This document shows positions 1 through 9,776 of a stretch of DNA of 64,000 bases, piece after piece (positions within the stretch are counted from its first letter, which is position 1; the number at the start of each line of letters is the position of its first letter). The stretch is from a virus (lineage: Duplodnaviria > Caudoviricetes): the IMG/VR virus record IMGVR_UViG_3300031088_000758. One strand, given 5' to 3'. The notes under the pieces were generated by a model, which ran no database searches, was not told where the DNA came from, and saw only the letters and a program-made list of their open reading frames with translations. Both the position numbers and the translations under genes were made by a program.

Positions 1-541
1 CGGTAATACTTTCCATACCTTTGTTGTATTTATATCCACCATGATTATCTGTTTCGTCATATACGTTCACTCTGATTGTCATTCCCTGATTTTGAAAAAT
101 AAAATCTGCTTCGTTAGGAAATCTTAAATCAATTAATACACCAAAATCTAAATCTTTAAGTTGGTCTTCAAGTTTATTCAAAAAATAATTAGCGTTCTGT
201 TCTCTTCGTATTTCTGTTCCTAAAACGCTTAATGCTGCTCTAAAAAACTCATTTCTTCTAGAATATCCATATACTGGATTCTTCTCACCAATGGCTTCGG
301 GGTTCAACAATTCAATAAGTTTAAACCCTCTATTGCCAAGATTGTTCTCTTCTATGATTTTTTCATTGGGTACTTTGTCTACAACTTGGTCAGCTATATA
401 GTTCAGCTCTTCGTATAAAGGCTTTGCTAGTGAGACCAAATCTGCTGAGTAGCCTCTTAACCTCAGCTCTCTGATGATTCTAAAACCATAGAACAGTTTG
501 TTGCTGCCTGGTTTCCCTGAAATTCCGATTAGTCTACTCAT
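1..541 (-). CDS. dNMP-kinase-like protein, degenerate P-loop (partial, runs off window start; not in ORF track)
   Basis: Manual translation from ATG at 541 (GAGGA SD): MSRLIGISGKPGSNKLFYG...LAKPLYEEL...RAALSVLGTEIRREQ...LIDLRFPNEAD; same motif order as the kinase at 1459-2223. Confidence 0.75.
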   Translation of the reverse strand, partial: MSRLIGISGKPGSNKLFYGFRIIRELRLRGYSADLVSLAKPLYEELNYIADQVVDKVPNEKIIEENNLGNRGFKLIELLNPEAIGEKNPVYGYSRRNEFFRAALSVLGTEIRREQNANYFLNKLEDQLKDLDFGVLIDLRFPNEADFIFQNQGMTIRVNVYDETDNHGGYKYNKGMESIT

Positions 542-557
542 ATGTTCCTCATTACAA

Positions 558-1373
558 TCATTTTTTGTTATTGCGAATATATTTCAAGTATATTCCATCA
601 GTGATAAAGCCTGGTTTTTTTAGTAATTCTTCGGCTTTTTGAAGTACAATTTTCGGCTGTTTTTTTACTAAAGCCGGAAGTTCTTTTCTCGTGTCAACGT
701 TTTTAAACAGAAGAGAAAATTCTTTAGCAAAATCTTTAACCCTATCATCTAGACTGGATACAGTTACATCACTGTTTTTTCCTTTTCCTTTTAAAGTTTT
801 TTCATAATCGAAGTCTAACTCGTAGCCTGCTTCTACTAATATTTTCTGTGTTAAATAAAGATCCCACATTGCTATTTTGCGAGTTTTCTTCCCAGCACTA
901 TCAGCATTCATTTCTACAATTGTTGACAAACCTTTATCCATGGCTTCTTGGTTTCCCATTTTTTCTTCATCACGTAATTCCAGTTTATCAAGCCATTTAC
1001 CAATCTGATTAGCGGAAACATTGAAGTATGTTGCAATGACACCTAAACCAACGAATTTAGGTTCTCCATTAGTAGTATCTTTTATTTCTTGGTTAACAGA
1101 TTGTCTTTCAACTTTCATTCCAGACTCATGAAGTTTCTGTTCAACTATATCTATTTTCCAAAGAGCTTTTCTTTCACAACTATCAATGAGGCCATCTTCA
1201 ATGGCTTTTTTAGTTGGTTTATAATCTTCACTGAGATATCCAGCTTTGTTAAAAACGAATAGTAGCGCATTCGAGTCTAAGTTTTTAAAGTTTTTAAAAA
1301 GATTGGAGGTTGAAGAGTGACTTGGTCTTTTTCCTGTTAAATACTTTTTAATGGGAGGTTCTAACTTTTCCAT
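558..1373 (-). CDS. Hypothetical DNA-binding protein with two antirepressor KilAC-like repeats
   Basis: 271 aa; repeated PTKKAIEDGL / NQEAMDKGL and IATYFNVSANQIGKWL helix motifs. The family call is tentative. Confidence 0.4.
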   Translation of the reverse strand: MEKLEPPIKKYLTGKRPSHSSTSNLFKNFKNLDSNALLFVFNKAGYLSEDYKPTKKAIEDGLIDSCERKALWKIDIVEQKLHESGMKVERQSVNQEIKDTTNGEPKFVGLGVIATYFNVSANQIGKWLDKLELRDEEKMGNQEAMDKGLSTIVEMNADSAGKKTRKIAMWDLYLTQKILVEAGYELDFDYEKTLKGKGKNSDVTVSSLDDRVKDFAKEFSLLFKNVDTRKELPALVKKQPKIVLQKAEELLKKPGFITDGIYLKYIRNNKK

Positions 1374-1375
1374 AA

Positions 1376-1443
1376 AAATTTAATCCAATCCTTTGTAGGT
1401 TTCTGATAATATTAATATCTTTACAAAGGATTGGATTAAATTT
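1376..1443. promoter_or_regulatory. 22-bp perfect inverted repeat covering the RBS of the 558-1373 gene
   Basis: aaatttaatccaatcctttgta (1376-1397) / tacaaaggattggattaaattt (1422-1443), 24-nt loop; the AAAGGA SD lies inside an arm. Confidence 0.75.
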
Positions 1444-1458
1444 CGGATAATCTGAAAA

Positions 1459-2223
1459 TTAGTAGATTTTGGCAACAATTTCTTCGGCAACTTCTGAGGG
1501 ATTTAAATGATCTGTCATCACTCGAACATCAAAATTTTCGTAATCATCCAGTGAAGTTTCTGAGGGGTGATTTTTTGCTTCTTCAGAAACAGAAATCCCG
1601 TCTCTATTCTTTATCCGACGAGACTGTTCTTCGTAGCTGACATCTAACCTAATTGTCTTGCCCAAAGCGTTGCTTGCTGCTATTAGTTCATTTGGGAATC
1701 TAGCATCAGTAATATATACGGACTTGCCTAATGCTAATTCATGGTATACGCTTTTCATTGCACGTTTTACCCAATAATCAGGATCTTGCTCACGCCTGAC
1801 TTCTGTTCCCCAATATTGTAATGCTCTACGGATGCCTGATGTTCTACTATAAGCTGTAAGAGAGTGGTCTTTGGACACTTCTTCATGTATAAATGCTACA
1901 GTTTTCAAGGATTTAGCATAAGGCACTTTCATTTCCTTGGATACAACAAAAACTGCTTTTTCAATATTAAGATGGCTTCTTACAATTTTGATGACTTGAT
2001 CTATCTCGCTTTTTAAAGGTCTAGCAAAGAACTCCTGTATGCTATCATCAGGATTTATACCTAAAGAACTTATTACTAAAGGAGCAACAGTGTCTTTGCC
2101 TGACCCAATTTTTCCTGATACAGCAATGAATCTGTTGTTTTTCTGTTGAAGATTCTCTACTGCAGATTCAACAATATTCAGGTCAAGGTCCATCTCTTGT
2201 GAAAATAGTTTTTTGTCAAACAT
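1459..2223 (-). CDS. Deoxynucleoside monophosphate kinase
   Basis: SGKIGSGKDT P-loop, FARPLK, RRALQYWGTEVRR, ITDARFPNE, HPSE motifs; start placed at ATG 2223 after AGGAG. Confidence 0.85.
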   Translation of the reverse strand: MFDKKLFSQEMDLDLNIVESAVENLQQKNNRFIAVSGKIGSGKDTVAPLVISSLGINPDDSIQEFFARPLKSEIDQVIKIVRSHLNIEKAVFVVSKEMKVPYAKSLKTVAFIHEEVSKDHSLTAYSRTSGIRRALQYWGTEVRREQDPDYWVKRAMKSVYHELALGKSVYITDARFPNELIAASNALGKTIRLDVSYEEQSRRIKNRDGISVSEEAKNHPSETSLDDYENFDVRVMTDHLNPSEVAEEIVAKIY

Positions 2224-2293
2224 CAGCACTCCTATATAGCTTATAAACGTTTTTTCATTATAACAAATAAAGTGTGAGAAATCAAGAATCATA

Positions 2294-2322
2294 TTGACTT
2301 AGGATCTGTTTTATGGTAGAGT
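2294..2322 (+). promoter_or_regulatory. sigma70-type promoter
   Basis: TTGACT-17 nt-TAGAGT with extended TG. Confidence 0.6.
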
Positions 2323-2369
2323 TTAAAGACTACCCTTATATGAGAGCATTATGAAGAAAGAGGATCCGT

Positions 2370-2897
2370 ATGGTTTATTTATTTTTAGCTTTTCTATTAG
2401 GAGCTTGTATTTATCTAATAGTTGAAGTTAATGAGTCAATACGAAAAAGAAGAAATGACTTCTGGCAGGAAAAAATTAAAACTCGAGATTTAGGCATTGT
2501 GAAGTGGCATCTTTTCTTGTCTCAGCCGCTTCTTAATAAAAAATTGAATAAATTGATTGAAGAAGCAGCTTCGTCAGATAGTCTTGATGGAAATTATCGA
2601 AATTTTTTCACGAATGAAAAACATTCTGAATTGTATAAGAACAAGTATAAGCATTATCGTTATATTGTGATTCTTAAAAAAGCTGAATCGGATGCTTTCG
2701 AAAATGTAGTGAGTAAAGATTTTAGTTCTGATGTGAATGAGAAAAAGATTTACCAAAAAGCTTATGTAGAAGCTAAATCTAAAATTGAGCAACAGAGCTC
2801 TAGCCCGTGGCAGGATGAAGGTATGAGTGAACCTTCTGAAATCATTGAAGATAAGGTTTTTCAAACACTCTTTGCCAAGAAAGATAAAAAACAATAA
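2370..2897 (+). CDS. Hypothetical membrane-anchored protein
   Basis: N-terminal hydrophobic helix, GAGGA SD; shares KAESD and KIYQxxYV with the next gene. Confidence 0.6.
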   Translation: MVYLFLAFLLGACIYLIVEVNESIRKRRNDFWQEKIKTRDLGIVKWHLFLSQPLLNKKLNKLIEEAASSDSLDGNYRNFFTNEKHSELYKNKYKHYRYIVILKKAESDAFENVVSKDFSSDVNEKKIYQKAYVEAKSKIEQQSSSPWQDEGMSEPSEIIEDKVFQTLFAKKDKKQ

Positions 2898-2911
2898 CAA
2901 ATATTTAGTCA

Positions 2912-3583
2912 TTGTATAAAATGTACAATAAGATTGAGGTGATAGTTGTGGTAATTAGCACAATAGTTGGAATTGGGATAATTAGTTTTTTTGGGATATG
3001 CGTTTTAGCCTTTGTTTCTATGATAGGACATATGATTTACGTATCGACTACTGATAACTACCTTACAGATGAATGGTATAGCGAATTTGTGAATGATCCG
3101 AAAAATGTTCATTATAAAAAATTTGAAAAAATATCTTGGGTACACGTATTATGTGTCCCTTTTATTCTTGTTAAAGTGGCATTGGACAGAAGAGTAGCAG
3201 TTGTTCAAAAAGCAGAATCTGATTCTCGTAGAAAATACAACAATAATCTAAGTAACAAATATTATAAAAAACTGTATGATAAGACTTTCCAGTCTAGTAG
3301 AGTAGCGCACATCAAGCTTATGGCTCAAGATGATTTCCAACATAGAAACAATAAATATCACATTAATGCTGTTTATGATGACGCTGTGGAACGAAAAATA
3401 TATCAAGATGAGTACGTAAAAATGATTTCTTCGGATGAGGATTTTGCTCTTCAGCTTAAGGAAAATTATAAGAACCTGTACAGCGGCAAAGAAAAGTCAA
3501 AAATTAGTAATGAGCAATTCGAGGAAGTCTTTAAAGTTCAAAATAAAAAATCAAATTATCATGATGAAGATATGTGGCTCTAA
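2912..3583 (+). CDS. Hypothetical membrane-anchored protein (paralogue of upstream gene)
   Basis: N-terminal TM segment; KAESD and RKIYQDEYV motifs. Confidence 0.6.
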   Translation: MYKMYNKIEVIVVVISTIVGIGIISFFGICVLAFVSMIGHMIYVSTTDNYLTDEWYSEFVNDPKNVHYKKFEKISWVHVLCVPFILVKVALDRRVAVVQKAESDSRRKYNNNLSNKYYKKLYDKTFQSSRVAHIKLMAQDDFQHRNNKYHINAVYDDAVERKIYQDEYVKMISSDEDFALQLKENYKNLYSGKEKSKISNEQFEEVFKVQNKKSNYHDEDMWL

Positions 3584-3663
3584 GCCTTTTTAAAAGAAAA
3601 ATACATACTTCAAGAGAAGTTGATGGTGATATACGGTTTTTGAAAAAATCTTTTATTTTTGTA

Positions 3664-3716
3664 AATTTTACCCCCAAATAAGCAGCGTCTTTTCTGTGTT
3701 ATTTGGGGGTAAAATT
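3664..3716. terminator. 18-bp perfect inverted repeat between convergent genes
   Basis: aattttacccccaaataa / ttatttgggggtaaaatt, 17-nt loop. Confidence 0.7.
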
Positions 3717-3760
3717 GTAAGGGATTTTAGTGAAATATTATACATTCTATTTAAAGCGTT

Positions 3761-3967
3761 TCAAGACGTTGTTTCGTCAAGATCTTCTAATCCCATTTCT
3801 TCAGCAATAAACTCATGTTCCATAGCTAGTTCAATGTATTCGTGAATATCCATATCATAATACTCTGCTTCTTCCGAATATTGATTATATTGAGCTTGAG
3901 TAATTTCGATCAAATGGATTTCGTCTTCTCCATCATTGACATAAGATAAACTGTAATTGTCATTCAT
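3761..3967 (-). CDS. Small acidic hypothetical protein
   Basis: 68 aa, AAGGA SD. Confidence 0.6.
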   Translation of the reverse strand: MNDNYSLSYVNDGEDEIHLIEITQAQYNQYSEEAEYYDMDIHEYIELAMEHEFIAEEMGLEDLDETTS

Positions 3968-4051
3968 TTTTGTATCCTTGATTTCCTGGCAAAATAAATT
4001 TTTAGTGTATTAATCAATATTTTACTTCTATTGTATTATGTTAACAATATC

Positions 4052-5539
4052 TTAGTTATCTTTTGAAAACAGCTTTGCCCAGAAACTTTTCTTTTTTACA
4101 GGCTCAATTGAAGTTTCTTCTTGAATATGTAAAAAACTAGTCCAGTTGTCTGATAGCATAGGTTTTCCTATCTCGAATTTTTCGCCATTTATTCTAAACG
4201 TTATTCTTTCGCCGTAATCTCTATTTCCTATATGTTCTTCTACTTTGATTAACCCTGAAGGTGTCTTGAATTCTGGTTCGTCAACAGCTATGTACCCATC
4301 ATTAACATTTTTCTTTTTCAAGTTTTCGATATGATTGACAAAATTAAGTAATCCATTTTTAGCCATTTCACCTGGCTTGTCAGTTGTTTTGAATATATCT
4401 ACTACTGCTCTTAATCCTTCCTGGCTGTTTTGAGGTTTTTTGCGAAGGATTTCTTTTTGTATTTCAACAGGAAGATCTTGCAATCCTTTATCCCATCTTT
4501 GTTGCAACTCAATGCTGTCTTCATATTTAGCCATAGGCTTTGTGTTTTTAAACTGGTCTAATTTAGTGACATCATTAACATCATGAGACTGAGTACTGAT
4601 CTTGTTTGAATTGATGTTAGTGTGTGGCTTTGGTTTTGTTTTGTTTAAAGGAACACTACTGTAATTAATTTGTGTTTTGTTTTTACTTGGGGAGGACTTA
4701 ACTTTTAGCTTAGTGTTAATAATATTGTGGTATTTATCAATTTTTTCTGCGTTCATCAGGCTGTCAACAGTTAGTCGAATATAACCTTTGTATTCACTAG
4801 GTCTCTTACTCTCTAAAAATTTTCGTATATCTCGGGCATTGTTATTAGTCAATTTTCCAGAGCCATTGTATTTTTTGGAATAAGTATTGATGAATTTTTC
4901 GATGCTTTTGACTTCACTATCCATTGTAGTGTTTTTATAAGTACTATGCTGTTTCATATGCGCAGTACTATATCCTGCTTGCCTTAATTTTCGAATATAA
5001 TCTTTTTTGTAATATGTTTCATTGTACTTTAAAGTTACTGCATATAAATCATTGTCAGTAGTTAGTAAATTTGACAATGCTGCTTTTCTTACATCAGTAT
5101 ATTTGTTAAGGTAGGCTAATTCAACTAATCTTCTGTTCTTTGTGTTTTGTATGAGATGACCGTTGAAATGAGCACTAAGAGAAGCTATTTTCATTAAAGT
5201 TTTTTCAGAAGTATTATGGTTTTCTGCAATAGCTTTTAAGAATTTTTCTTTTTCTTTTGCTGTACTATGTTCTGACATGACTTCATCAAACTTTTTGTCT
5301 AAGCTCTGTTCTGTCTTGTATTCTTTAATTTTCTTTAAAAGTTTTTTACTATCTTCCTGAAAAGCGCTTTTAGTGATTGTGCCTGTGGCAGAGTGTTCTT
5401 CTGTCAAACGCTCTTCAACAGACTTTTTAGCAGCATCCTTATCTTTAAAGTGCTGGTTACTCCCATAAGGGCATTTACCGTTGTTAGCATAGCACTGTCT
5501 CACCTGACCAGTTGGTGTGGTATGGTAAATTTTCTGCAT
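4052..5539 (-). CDS. Hypothetical protein with N-terminal YH-C-C-HF tag
   Basis: 495 aa; N-terminus KIYHTTPTGQVRQCYANNGKCPYGSNQHF. Confidence 0.65.
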   Translation of the reverse strand: MQKIYHTTPTGQVRQCYANNGKCPYGSNQHFKDKDAAKKSVEERLTEEHSATGTITKSAFQEDSKKLLKKIKEYKTEQSLDKKFDEVMSEHSTAKEKEKFLKAIAENHNTSEKTLMKIASLSAHFNGHLIQNTKNRRLVELAYLNKYTDVRKAALSNLLTTDNDLYAVTLKYNETYYKKDYIRKLRQAGYSTAHMKQHSTYKNTTMDSEVKSIEKFINTYSKKYNGSGKLTNNNARDIRKFLESKRPSEYKGYIRLTVDSLMNAEKIDKYHNIINTKLKVKSSPSKNKTQINYSSVPLNKTKPKPHTNINSNKISTQSHDVNDVTKLDQFKNTKPMAKYEDSIELQQRWDKGLQDLPVEIQKEILRKKPQNSQEGLRAVVDIFKTTDKPGEMAKNGLLNFVNHIENLKKKNVNDGYIAVDEPEFKTPSGLIKVEEHIGNRDYGERITFRINGEKFEIGKPMLSDNWTSFLHIQEETSIEPVKKKSFWAKLFSKDN

Positions 5540-5576
5540 AGTATTTTAACCTTCTACTCAAAGTATGTTCTTATTG

Positions 5577-7070
5577 TCAGTCTTCAATAGCCTTTTTGTC
5601 ATTATCAGTTGTTAATTCTCCTGATAATCGTTGATTTCGTTCACGAGCATACTCATTTGCTCGATTAACTTGCGCTCCTAAAGCATTGATTGTCGTTAAG
5701 AAATTTTGATTTGCTTCATCTCTGAAATTGTCCATATCATCCATGGTTTTGAACATAGTGTCAAAGCTTTCTTGTAGAACTTTTGTGTCAACGCTTTCTG
5801 TTGTAGCTTGTCTTTGAATTTGTAATGCATTTTGTTGAAGGTTTTTAGCATTATCCGTAATAAGATTGTTTGTTGTATTGCGCATAAAGTCAACACCTTC
5901 AAGAATTTTCTTTTGGTGTCCTAAAGATTCAGCAATACGTGCTGAAGTAGCAAGTGCTGTAGCAGTTGTTGTTTTTGTTCTTTCAACATTCTGTGCTAAC
6001 TTATTGTTGTTTTCTTCGATCATACCCATAGCCATGTAACTTTGAACAGTCACAGCAGTTTGAGTCATAACATCTTGATGTCTTTGTCTAATGTTGAACA
6101 ATACGTTTTGTTCAAGAGTTTTCGCTAGTTCACTGTTGCCATTAGATTTTTCTTCATTAATCTTTTCGACTACTTTGTTATCCATAGAACGCAATAATTT
6201 ATCAGCTCTTTGTAATTCTCCTAGATCATTCCATAATTGCTGACGTTCTACTGCCAGTTCCGCATTTTCTTGGCTTAATGTTGCTTGTCCTTTTTCAAGA
6301 CTTTTCATTATGACATCCATTTGCTTTGCGTTACTTTCAAAACGATTAAAGTATTTCTTAACAGCATTTCTGCCAGGTAAAAACGCTAATGCTTTTGCCT
6401 TGAATGTATCTTCTTCAGGAGCCATATCTTCAATAACGTTTCTCAAGCTAGCAAGATCTTTTCCAACTTTTTCAGAAGCGGAGTTTTTTCTTGATGAACT
6501 ATTATTTAAGAAGTTTGTTGAAAGAGATGCAGTAGAGCTGAAAGCCTTGTTAGCGATTTTTGAAATCGCTTGTGTATGTTTAATAAACTTTTGGGAATTA
6601 GGGTTGATTGAAGACATTGTTTTTATCCATTCTGAAGCTTTGTTGTCTAAAGCAACAGCTTTTGAATTTGGCATATCATCAATAAGTGTCAAAGCTTTAT
6701 CTTCATCAATTGTTTCCACAGGAGCTGCTGCTTGATATTCAGAAGGTTTTGTAGGAGCTGATAGTTTTGGGCTAGAATTTTGTTCGTCTTCTTTTTTTTC
6801 ATCATCAATAAATAACTGCGAATCGGCTTCTACAGTGTAGCTATTTTGATTTTGGGTGCCAGTTTTCGCGGAAAAATCATCAATGGGTTCAGGCTTCTTT
6901 AATGTAGAAACAGTTTTATTTTCATTGAATTTTTCATAAGCATCAAGAGCATCATCAATACTATCAAAGTGTTCAGGCAACATATTATTAACAGCATAGG
7001 CACATCCTTTAACTGTAGCTGTACACTCTCCAGGTCGTCCTGTTTCTGGGTTAATGTGGTATTTTGCCAT
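5577..7070 (-). CDS. Toxic anion resistance (TelA/KlaA-like) protein with N-terminal YH-C-C-HF tag
   Basis: C-terminal coiled region KKYFNRFESNAKQMDVIMKSL...LFNIRQRHQDVMTQTAVTVQSYMAMGMIEENNNKL matches the TelA family. Confidence 0.75.
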   Translation of the reverse strand: MAKYHINPETGRPGECTATVKGCAYAVNNMLPEHFDSIDDALDAYEKFNENKTVSTLKKPEPIDDFSAKTGTQNQNSYTVEADSQLFIDDEKKEDEQNSSPKLSAPTKPSEYQAAAPVETIDEDKALTLIDDMPNSKAVALDNKASEWIKTMSSINPNSQKFIKHTQAISKIANKAFSSTASLSTNFLNNSSSRKNSASEKVGKDLASLRNVIEDMAPEEDTFKAKALAFLPGRNAVKKYFNRFESNAKQMDVIMKSLEKGQATLSQENAELAVERQQLWNDLGELQRADKLLRSMDNKVVEKINEEKSNGNSELAKTLEQNVLFNIRQRHQDVMTQTAVTVQSYMAMGMIEENNNKLAQNVERTKTTTATALATSARIAESLGHQKKILEGVDFMRNTTNNLITDNAKNLQQNALQIQRQATTESVDTKVLQESFDTMFKTMDDMDNFRDEANQNFLTTINALGAQVNRANEYARERNQRLSGELTTDNDKKAIED

Positions 7071-7181
7071 TTCTTCTCCTTAATTAATATATTAATATTT
7101 TCTAAACAACAGCATAAAGAACGTATATTGATTAGATATTTCATATGTCAATCATATTTTATGATGTAAGGATTAGATCAT

Positions 7182-7688
7182 ATGGATTTTGCTTTTTTCT
7201 CATTGTTTTTAATAACTGGTCTAGCGTGTTTATTGTTTTTTAGACACAAGGTTAATCAGCGCTCTAAAAATAAAATTGAGAACGAATTACAACAAGAAGT
7301 AGACATATTAGAACAACATGCTATACAGGTTACACCGGAAGAGTTTTTCAAACTGGTCAATAGTTTCAAAAACAACAAGAAAAGTTCTATATACTCAGAA
7401 GGGTTGAATTTTGACGGAATATATATTCTTCATAATCTGACAAAAGATAAACATTATGTTGGTCAGTCTGTAAATGTCATAAAACGAGTTACTATGCACT
7501 TCGGTGGTAAGAACAGTGGAAACAAAGACGTTTATAGAGATTATGTAAAAGGCGATCAATGGACCATTAAATTAATAAGTATGAAACAAACTAATTATTT
7601 TAATCTAAATGATCTAGAAAAATATGCTATTAAACTTTACAGAGGATATGACAAAGGATACAATAAAACGAGAGGTAACAAATCTTGA
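7182..7688 (+). CDS. GIY-YIG nuclease with N-terminal membrane anchor
   Basis: GIYILHN...YVGQS...RVTMH...E...GYN motifs; hydrophobic N-terminus. Confidence 0.8.
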   Translation: MDFAFFSLFLITGLACLLFFRHKVNQRSKNKIENELQQEVDILEQHAIQVTPEEFFKLVNSFKNNKKSSIYSEGLNFDGIYILHNLTKDKHYVGQSVNVIKRVTMHFGGKNSGNKDVYRDYVKGDQWTIKLISMKQTNYFNLNDLEKYAIKLYRGYDKGYNKTRGNKS

Positions 7689-7727
7689 ACTACGAATTGT
7701 TCAAGATTTGTTACCTCTCGTTTTATT
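7662..7727. terminator. 29-bp perfect inverted repeat at a convergent gene junction
   Basis: aataaaacgagaggtaacaaatcttgaac / gttcaagatttgttacctctcgttttatt, 8-nt loop; the left arm is the coding 3' end of the GIY-YIG gene. Confidence 0.75.
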
Positions 7728-8590
7728 CAGTTAATGATTAAATAAGGTTGGCAATCAAGACGGGCTTTTTTATCGAAACCAGGATCCATAAAACCAATCC
7801 AAGATTTATCAACAGTAGCATCTTTCTTAAAAGGTGCAATTGTGAATCTTTCCTCATGGTTAAGTTCAGCTATGTTTTTGAATGATTCATCTGTTCCGGG
7901 GAAGTAAGATTTTCTTTCGTAAACATAGGGAGAAATATGACCTACAATTTGATTAAACAGGTGTTGTTCCATGGTGTTCCACATTAGCCATACTTCATGA
8001 ACTCCATGCGCCCAGATTGGTCCAACAGGAGATGAAGGGTTAAAATTCTTTCCCATCATAATACCTGAAGAATGAACATCTACCAATGGTGTGCTTTCAA
8101 TCGCTTTATCGTATTCATGTACTTTATACTGAGATAGATTGTTCAACCAAAAAGAAAGAGATAATCCAGCGTGCGAAAATACTATGGGTCTAGAAGATGT
8201 GTATTGATGGCTAGTAGTTTCAATGTGCAAGAAACCTTTTGATTCAGCTTCAAGAACGTGAATGAATTTCAAGAAACCTTCCTCATACCATTGTGTAAGA
8301 ATTTTTTGTCCAGGAGCATCTACTCTTTTACTCCAGAAAACTTCACCACCGAGATATTGTGCTTCATGGTTCCCCATAATTTGAATCCATTGACCAGGGT
8401 TAAGATGCCTGATAGAATCAATCATTCGTAAAATATCAGAGCTGTATAGACCTTTATGAACCAAATCTCCAAGATGAATAATTCTAGTATCATGAGGTAG
8501 AATATAGTCTTCTGTCATTCCAATATGGCGCAATGATTTATAAAGCTGATTAAAATGACCGCCTGTGTCTCCAAAAATAATATGTTGCAT
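7727..8590 (-). CDS. Metallophosphoesterase (calcineurin-like)
   Basis: GDTGG, LGDLVHKG, GNHE, HAG, GH motifs. Confidence 0.85.
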   Translation of the reverse strand: MQHIIFGDTGGHFNQLYKSLRHIGMTEDYILPHDTRIIHLGDLVHKGLYSSDILRMIDSIRHLNPGQWIQIMGNHEAQYLGGEVFWSKRVDAPGQKILTQWYEEGFLKFIHVLEAESKGFLHIETTSHQYTSSRPIVFSHAGLSLSFWLNNLSQYKVHEYDKAIESTPLVDVHSSGIMMGKNFNPSSPVGPIWAHGVHEVWLMWNTMEQHLFNQIVGHISPYVYERKSYFPGTDESFKNIAELNHEERFTIAPFKKDATVDKSWIGFMDPGFDKKARLDCQPYLIIN

Positions 8591-8735
8591 AATTTAGCCT
8601 TTTCTTTTAGAACATAAGAATAAAATTATATCATAGAGCAAAATTTTTATCAATAGAGACGTATGTATTGTTTTGATTTGGTAAGATATAAGAGAAAGTT
8701 TTAAAAAACGACACAATAGTGATTTGAGGGCAACG

Positions 8736-9716
8736 ATGGAAGAATTAACTGAAAAATTAGTAATTATGGATGAAGCCGGATTGCACATAAAATCTAGAGA
8801 AGTTTCAGAAAAATTAGAGAAAAAGAAACTATCAGCATCTATGGTTACAGGATTGATAGGTAAAGATAGCTGCGCTGCTAGATGGCTGGCTGATACGTTT
8901 GTCCTTAGAGAAATTGTAGAGCAAGAGCCTGATAATGCAGCACGTCGTGGCTCTCTTTTTCATAAGGTCATGGAAGATTTATTCGCATTAGAGCCTGAAC
9001 AGAGAACTAAGGCAGCCGTTACAAAAATTGCTAAGCAAACTCTTCATAGTGAAGAATTTGCTGACCTAAGTGAAAATGAAGACGTTATCATTTGGTTGAG
9101 AGATGCAGTTAAAGGTTATTATGAAATGGGTGCTGATCCGCAAAAAGTAACAGTTGCCGAAATAACTATGGACGAAGAAAAAGGTCCACAAAAGGGTTTG
9201 GAAATTTTTGTCAGAGGACAGATAGGTAACGCAAAACGAGAAACACTCGGTTTTATTGATCGTTTGTCAATTAGTGCGAAAGATGGAACCTCTCTTATTG
9301 TTGAAGATTACAAATCAGGGGCTAAAATAAAACAATGGAAATCTCACACTAAATCAGAAGAAGGTTGGGCTGAACAAAGACAACAATTGATTTATAAAAT
9401 TCTTCTTGAGCAAAAAGGCTTCAATGTTTCAGGTGCTAGATTAATTTATCCTGTTGCTAAAGGTGTTGTCAAAGTAAATGTCAATGATCAAGAATTATTA
9501 GATAAAGTTGTGAGAGACGTTGAAGAAGCTGACAAAGCTCTGGACACAATGATTGAAAACAACACTTTTGAATACACACCTTCTTTCCTTTGTTCCTGGT
9601 GCCCACTAGCAGCTATATGTGTGAAAGCTGATTTAAAACCTTTCCCCAAAGCAAGAGATGCATTCTTATCACAACCACCATCAGAAGTCTTATTAAAAGC
9701 CATTGAACTACGATGA
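8736..9716 (+). CDS. PD-(D/E)XK RecB/Cas4-like exonuclease
   Basis: LSASMV, RGSLFHKVME, GFIDRL, EDYKSG, QQLIY, CSWCPLAAIC. Confidence 0.85.
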   Translation: MEELTEKLVIMDEAGLHIKSREVSEKLEKKKLSASMVTGLIGKDSCAARWLADTFVLREIVEQEPDNAARRGSLFHKVMEDLFALEPEQRTKAAVTKIAKQTLHSEEFADLSENEDVIIWLRDAVKGYYEMGADPQKVTVAEITMDEEKGPQKGLEIFVRGQIGNAKRETLGFIDRLSISAKDGTSLIVEDYKSGAKIKQWKSHTKSEEGWAEQRQQLIYKILLEQKGFNVSGARLIYPVAKGVVKVNVNDQELLDKVVRDVEEADKALDTMIENNTFEYTPSFLCSWCPLAAICVKADLKPFPKARDAFLSQPPSEVLLKAIELR

Positions 9717-9776
9717 AACAATAACTGGCTGTTGATATTTTCAATACAATGGTTACCAAATTAGTGAGGCAATAAA

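Noticed and set aside
8736-9716. CRISPR-Cas locus suggested by the Cas4-like nuclease
   Set aside because: No repeat-spacer array or other cas genes seen.
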